Source: Spirochaetota bacterium (GTDB lineage Bacteria > Spirochaetota > UBA4802 > UBA5550). Taken from it: a stretch of 64,000 bases of DNA. The stretch lies in assembly GCA_963664815.2 (NCBI GenBank), contig CAXXHB010000003.1, positions 3,872,001 through 3,936,000 of the forward strand. The letters run 5' to 3'. Position numbers and translations under genes: made by a program. This document shows, piece after piece, positions 59,873-64,000 of this stretch. Every line of letters starts with the position of its first letter. Positions within the stretch are counted from its first letter, which is position 1. Below the pieces are notes generated by a model, which ran no database searches, was not told the DNA's origin, and saw only the letters and a program-made list of their open reading frames with translations.

Positions 59873-61102
59873 ATGGCGGATTTAAACATGAAAGAAAATT
59901 TATCTATAGAAGATATTATAAACAGAGAGCTTGTTACAACATACTACCAGCCACTGGTTTCAATAAAAAGAAAACAGGTTATAGGATTTGAAGCTTTAAG
60001 CAGGGGGGTAGACACAACTAAAGGAACAATTATACCTCCCGGAGTACTTATCGAAGGGGCGGAAAAAAACGGTTTCATCCTTGAACTTGACAGACTTTTC
60101 CGAAAAAGGGCCCTCGAAAATTTTAAAGATTACCATACCGGGAACAGACAGTCTTTACTATCTGTCAACCTGGACAGCTCTGCAATCCGTTCAGGGCTTG
60201 GATCAAAGCATTTTCTGAAAAGCGTTGAAAAATGCGGGATAGATCCATCATGCATAATAATTGAGATCCTGGAATCAGAAGTTGATGATATAAATATACT
60301 GGTTGATTTTGTAAATCATTATAAGTCAGAGGGTTTTATGATAGCCATGGATGATTTCGGCGCAGGATTTTCCAACTGGGATCGTATCATCAAACTCAAA
60401 CCGGATATAATTAAACTCGACATTTCAATTGTAAGGGGTATAGATACCGATTTTATAAAACAGGAGGTTGCCCGCTCGCTTATAAAATTGTCCCACAATA
60501 CCGGTTCGCTTGTTTTTGCAGAGGGGATTGAAACCGAAGAGGAAGCACTGAAAATGCTTGAACTTAACGCAGATATATTACAGGGTTTTTTTCTTGCGGA
60601 ACCTCTGCCAATTGAACAAAGCAATAACAATCTGATTTCCGACAAGATTGATTCAGTTTCAAAATCATTCAGAAGAACAAGAGACCTTGCGATAAAACTC
60701 CAGGAAATAGAATTGGAAAAATACAGTACACTCACCGATAAAATACTGAAAAATCTTGAAACAAGCGATACGGATCTCCCTGAAATTATTCCGGTTGAGA
60801 ATGAAACCGGAACGGATGAGATTGAATGTATATACATACTCAATGAATACGGCATACAGATAAGTGAAACAGTAGTAAGCAACAGGATTAAATGCTACCG
60901 CAAAAGCCGTATATTTCATCCTGATGATATCTACAGCGACCAGTCCAATAAAGATTACTATTTTAATCTTTTGAACGGTTCTGATAAATATATTTCCGAG
61001 CCGTACATATCAACTGCGACCGGGAATCTCTGCCTGACAATATCCAGAAAATATAAAAGCCCGGGAGGAAAAAGAATATTGTGTGTTGATATAAAGAAAT
61101 GA
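59873..61102 (+). CDS. EAL domain c-di-GMP phosphodiesterase with C-terminal sensor-like domain
   Basis: YQPLV, GFEALSRG, DDFGAG, IKLD, AEGIE and QGF motifs; C-terminal SEPYISTATGNLCLT. Confidence 0.9.
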   Translation: MADLNMKENLSIEDIINRELVTTYYQPLVSIKRKQVIGFEALSRGVDTTKGTIIPPGVLIEGAEKNGFILELDRLFRKRALENFKDYHTGNRQSLLSVNLDSSAIRSGLGSKHFLKSVEKCGIDPSCIIIEILESEVDDINILVDFVNHYKSEGFMIAMDDFGAGFSNWDRIIKLKPDIIKLDISIVRGIDTDFIKQEVARSLIKLSHNTGSLVFAEGIETEEEALKMLELNADILQGFFLAEPLPIEQSNNNLISDKIDSVSKSFRRTRDLAIKLQEIELEKYSTLTDKILKNLETSDTDLPEIIPVENETGTDEIECIYILNEYGIQISETVVSNRIKCYRKSRIFHPDDIYSDQSNKDYYFNLLNGSDKYISEPYISTATGNLCLTISRKYKSPGGKRILCVDIKK

Positions 61103-61193
61103 GGTTTAATAATCAAAAACTTGACATTTTCATACTTATTATTAATTGTGGAAATTTGTAAAAAATCAGATTATACAGGCCAAGGAGAGGCGG

Positions 61194-62492
61194 ATGATCC
61201 CTATTAAAAAACTTAAAGATCTGACAAAGACCGAACTCGATCTGCTTTTCAACAGGTTTGGTGAGGACTTCAGCTCTATCATGATAAATACAGTTGTTCC
61301 CATTGTTAACGATGTAAAAGAGAACGGCGAGAAGGTAGTTAAGAAATATACAGAGAAATTTGACGGCGTAAAACTGACAGATGTAATAGCCACAGGTAAA
61401 GAGATTGATGAAGGCCATAGAAATACTCCGAAAAATGTACTTAAAGCTTTTATGAAAACCAAAGCTAACGTCGAAGAGTTCCATAGACGGCAGCTTAAAG
61501 ATAATTCAATATATACACGCGAAGACGGAATTACACTTGGTATAAATTATCAGGCTATTGAGAGTGCGGGAATTTATGTCCCGGGCGGAAAGGCTTCATA
61601 TCCGTCATCTGTTATTATGGGCGTTATCCCTGCCCAGATTGCCGGAGCAAGGGATATAACGGTAATCACTCCGCCGGATAAAAGCGGTAAAGTCCCCGAT
61701 ATTATCTACGCGATATGTAAAGAATGCGGCGTGACCAGCATTATAAAATCCGGCGGCGCTCAGGGAATTGCTTTTGCCGCGTTTGGCTCTGAAAGGCATA
61801 AAAAATCCGATATCATTGTAGGGCCCGGGAACATCTTCGTCACCGCAGCAAAGACATACCTCTTCAGCATGGGTGTAATCCAGATAGATTCAATGGCCGG
61901 CCCCAGTGAAGTTCTTATTATATCGGATGAAAAGTCTGACCCGAAATGGGTCGCGTGGGATCTGCTTTCACAGGCAGAGCATGAAGAGAGGGCTCTTGCC
62001 GTACTCGTAACAACCTCCTTAAAACTCGCCGGGGAAGTAAAAGAGGAAATAATTAAAGATATAGAATCGGGCTGCGGCCGGCATGAAATAAAAAAGAAAT
62101 CGATAAAGAACGGCATTATAATTGTAACTGATACACTTGATGAGGCTATAGACTTCAGCAATAAGTACGGCCCTGAGCATATGGAATTCATGGTGGATAA
62201 TCCGCTTGAATATATCGGAAAAATTAAAAATGTAGGTTCACTCTTCCTGGGAAGATTTGCACCTGTCGCGGTTGGTGATTACTATTCCGGAACAAATCAT
62301 ATCCTTCCCACTGGTGGAGCGGCAAGGTTTTCTTCCGGAACATCCGTAGAAACATTTTTAAGAAGAACAACCTTTCAGCTTCTTAATGAAGCCGCATTGA
62401 AGAAAACCATGCAGCCGGTAAAGCTCATGTCAGAATATGAAGGTTTTGATGACAAGCATGGCGGCTCAATAGAGATCAGGTTTAAAAAGTAA
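61194..62492 (+). CDS. hisD: Histidinol dehydrogenase
   Basis: GIYVPGGKASYPSS, GGAQGIA, GPGN, AGPSE, QAEH, PEH and GDYYSGTNHILPT motifs. Confidence 0.96.
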   Translation: MIPIKKLKDLTKTELDLLFNRFGEDFSSIMINTVVPIVNDVKENGEKVVKKYTEKFDGVKLTDVIATGKEIDEGHRNTPKNVLKAFMKTKANVEEFHRRQLKDNSIYTREDGITLGINYQAIESAGIYVPGGKASYPSSVIMGVIPAQIAGARDITVITPPDKSGKVPDIIYAICKECGVTSIIKSGGAQGIAFAAFGSERHKKSDIIVGPGNIFVTAAKTYLFSMGVIQIDSMAGPSEVLIISDEKSDPKWVAWDLLSQAEHEERALAVLVTTSLKLAGEVKEEIIKDIESGCGRHEIKKKSIKNGIIIVTDTLDEAIDFSNKYGPEHMEFMVDNPLEYIGKIKNVGSLFLGRFAPVAVGDYYSGTNHILPTGGAARFSSGTSVETFLRRTTFQLLNEAALKKTMQPVKLMSEYEGFDDKHGGSIEIRFKK

Positions 62493-62510
62493 ATTCAGCG
62501 GAGATAATAA

Positions 62511-63590
62511 ATGAGTAAAAAAGCCTGGGTAATCCTTGAAGATGGAACCGAATTTGAAGGCAGGATGTTCGGTTATGAAGATGAATCTATCGGAGAAGCT
62601 GTCTTTAATACTTCAATGAGCGGTTATCAGGAGGTGCTTACAGATCCGTCATATAGCGGGCAGATTGTGACCATGACATACCCGATGATCGGAAATTACG
62701 GAGTAAACAAAGACGACGTCGAGTCCGACAGAATACATGTCGCAGGTTTCATAGTGAAAGAGTACAGCAGAACATACTCAAACTTCAGAGCTACAGGTTC
62801 TCTCGGTGATTATCTGAAAGACGGAAAAATTCCTGCCATTGAGGGTGTCGACACCCGGAAGCTTACACGTCATATAAGGGACAAGGGCGCAATGAGAGCG
62901 GGAATTTTTTTTGACAGAAATGACGCCCGGGATAAATTGATGGCTCATCCTTCAATGGAGGGACTTGACCTGGCATCAATGGTTTCCTGCAGAACAAAAT
63001 ATAGTTTCGGCTACAGAAAAAACGGAAATCCGGAAATAGCCGTTTTTGATTTCGGTGTTAAATTTAATATATTAAGACTTCTAAACAGCTCAGGATTCAA
63101 CATAACAGTTTATCCCGGAAATACTCCTTTGAATGAAGCAATAACAGACGGTGCAAAAGGTGTTTTTCTCTCAAACGGGCCTGGTGACCCGGCAGCTGTA
63201 CTTTATGCGAAGACCCTTGTTGAAGACGTGATAAAAGAAAAAATTCCATGTTTCGGAATATGCCTGGGACACCAGATTATGGGTATAGGTTTAGGAGGGA
63301 AAACCTACAAACTGAAGTTTGGCCACCGCGGAGGAAACCAGCCTGTAAAAAACCTTGAAACAGGAAATGTTGAAATCACATCACAAAATCATGGATTTGC
63401 CGTAGATATAGATTCCCTGAGAGTAAACAGCGATGTAGAAGTTACCCATATAAACCTGAACGATAATACTGTCGAAGGAATTCAGCACAGAAAACTCCCT
63501 GTGTTTTCAGTACAGTATCACCCTGAAGCAAGTCCCGGACCTCATGATTCGCAGTATCTTTTCAGCAAATTCAGGAATATGATCAATTAG
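62511..63590 (+). CDS. carA: Carbamoyl-phosphate synthase small subunit
   Basis: FNTSMSGYQEVLTDPSY, LSNGPGDP, GICLGHQ, QNHGF and QYHPEASPGPHD motifs. Confidence 0.97.
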   Translation: MSKKAWVILEDGTEFEGRMFGYEDESIGEAVFNTSMSGYQEVLTDPSYSGQIVTMTYPMIGNYGVNKDDVESDRIHVAGFIVKEYSRTYSNFRATGSLGDYLKDGKIPAIEGVDTRKLTRHIRDKGAMRAGIFFDRNDARDKLMAHPSMEGLDLASMVSCRTKYSFGYRKNGNPEIAVFDFGVKFNILRLLNSSGFNITVYPGNTPLNEAITDGAKGVFLSNGPGDPAAVLYAKTLVEDVIKEKIPCFGICLGHQIMGIGLGGKTYKLKFGHRGGNQPVKNLETGNVEITSQNHGFAVDIDSLRVNSDVEVTHINLNDNTVEGIQHRKLPVFSVQYHPEASPGPHDSQYLFSKFRNMIN

Positions 63591-63608
63591 ATACACTTCA
63601 AATGGTCA

Positions 63609-63866
63609 TTACTCTTTATCCCATTGGCCGGCCTCATAAGCCAGCCTGTTTAATGCTGCTTTAAGCTTTTTATTCCGCTTCTCTACAGGGGGAAATTCCA
63701 TTCCTGAATATTTGTTCATCGCTTCAATTGCCCTTTCGAGAGTGGTTTCTCTCTTTGCATCATTGAAAAAAGTCATAATAAGCGTCCTGCCGCTTATACT
63801 TACATTATATTCAATAAGCGCTTCAGTTGCATTAAAAAGAGCTTCTTTGAATTCTTCTTTCCCCAA
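63609..63866 (-). CDS. Small hypothetical protein
   Basis: 85 aa helical ORF with GAGAGGA RBS before a TTG start. Confidence 0.55.
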   Translation of the reverse strand: MGKEEFKEALFNATEALIEYNVSISGRTLIMTFFNDAKRETTLERAIEAMNKYSGMEFPPVEKRNKKLKAALNRLAYEAGQWDKE

Positions 63867-64000
63867 AATATTATCCTCTCCGCTAATATTTAAAATTTAT
63901 TCCATGTTATGTCTATAACAAAAATACGGGTAACTGCAAATTATACTCTTAAAATTTTTCACTCCGGATCATCCAGTAATAATAATACATAACCTCGTTA

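Overview
A 64-kb AT-rich bacterial chromosomal segment from an anaerobe, probably a free-living Spirochaetota. This is inferred from Leptospira-like membrane-anchored AraC regulators and LA_0442/FN3-type outer-membrane proteins, not from a marker gene. Main contents: (1) the 5' part of a diol-dehydratase-like glycyl radical enzyme with an unusual Cys4 insert, co-transcribed with an SCP2 lipid-binding protein and divergent from a TetR gene. (2) A ~13-kb surface-protein region of duplicated modules (membrane AraC, FN3/beta-barrel protein, repeat-rich lipoprotein). Three promoter regions share a 23-bp palindrome, CGTMCAARTTTATAAAYYTGGAC. (3) An intact arsR-hgcA-hgcB mercury-methylation operon with a visible ArsR-type operator. 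(4) Housekeeping genes: metF, pta, tRNA-Phe, rsmA, nadE, hisD, carA. (5) A GT2+PEGA gene pair resembling Patescibacteria (CPR) genes. (6) A deletion scar with three gene remnants. (7) A basic HMG-box-like gene overlapping an 11-nt-period TTnAA array. No CRISPR array, rRNA, transposase or integrase was seen. All calls come from reading the sequence by eye; no searches were run.
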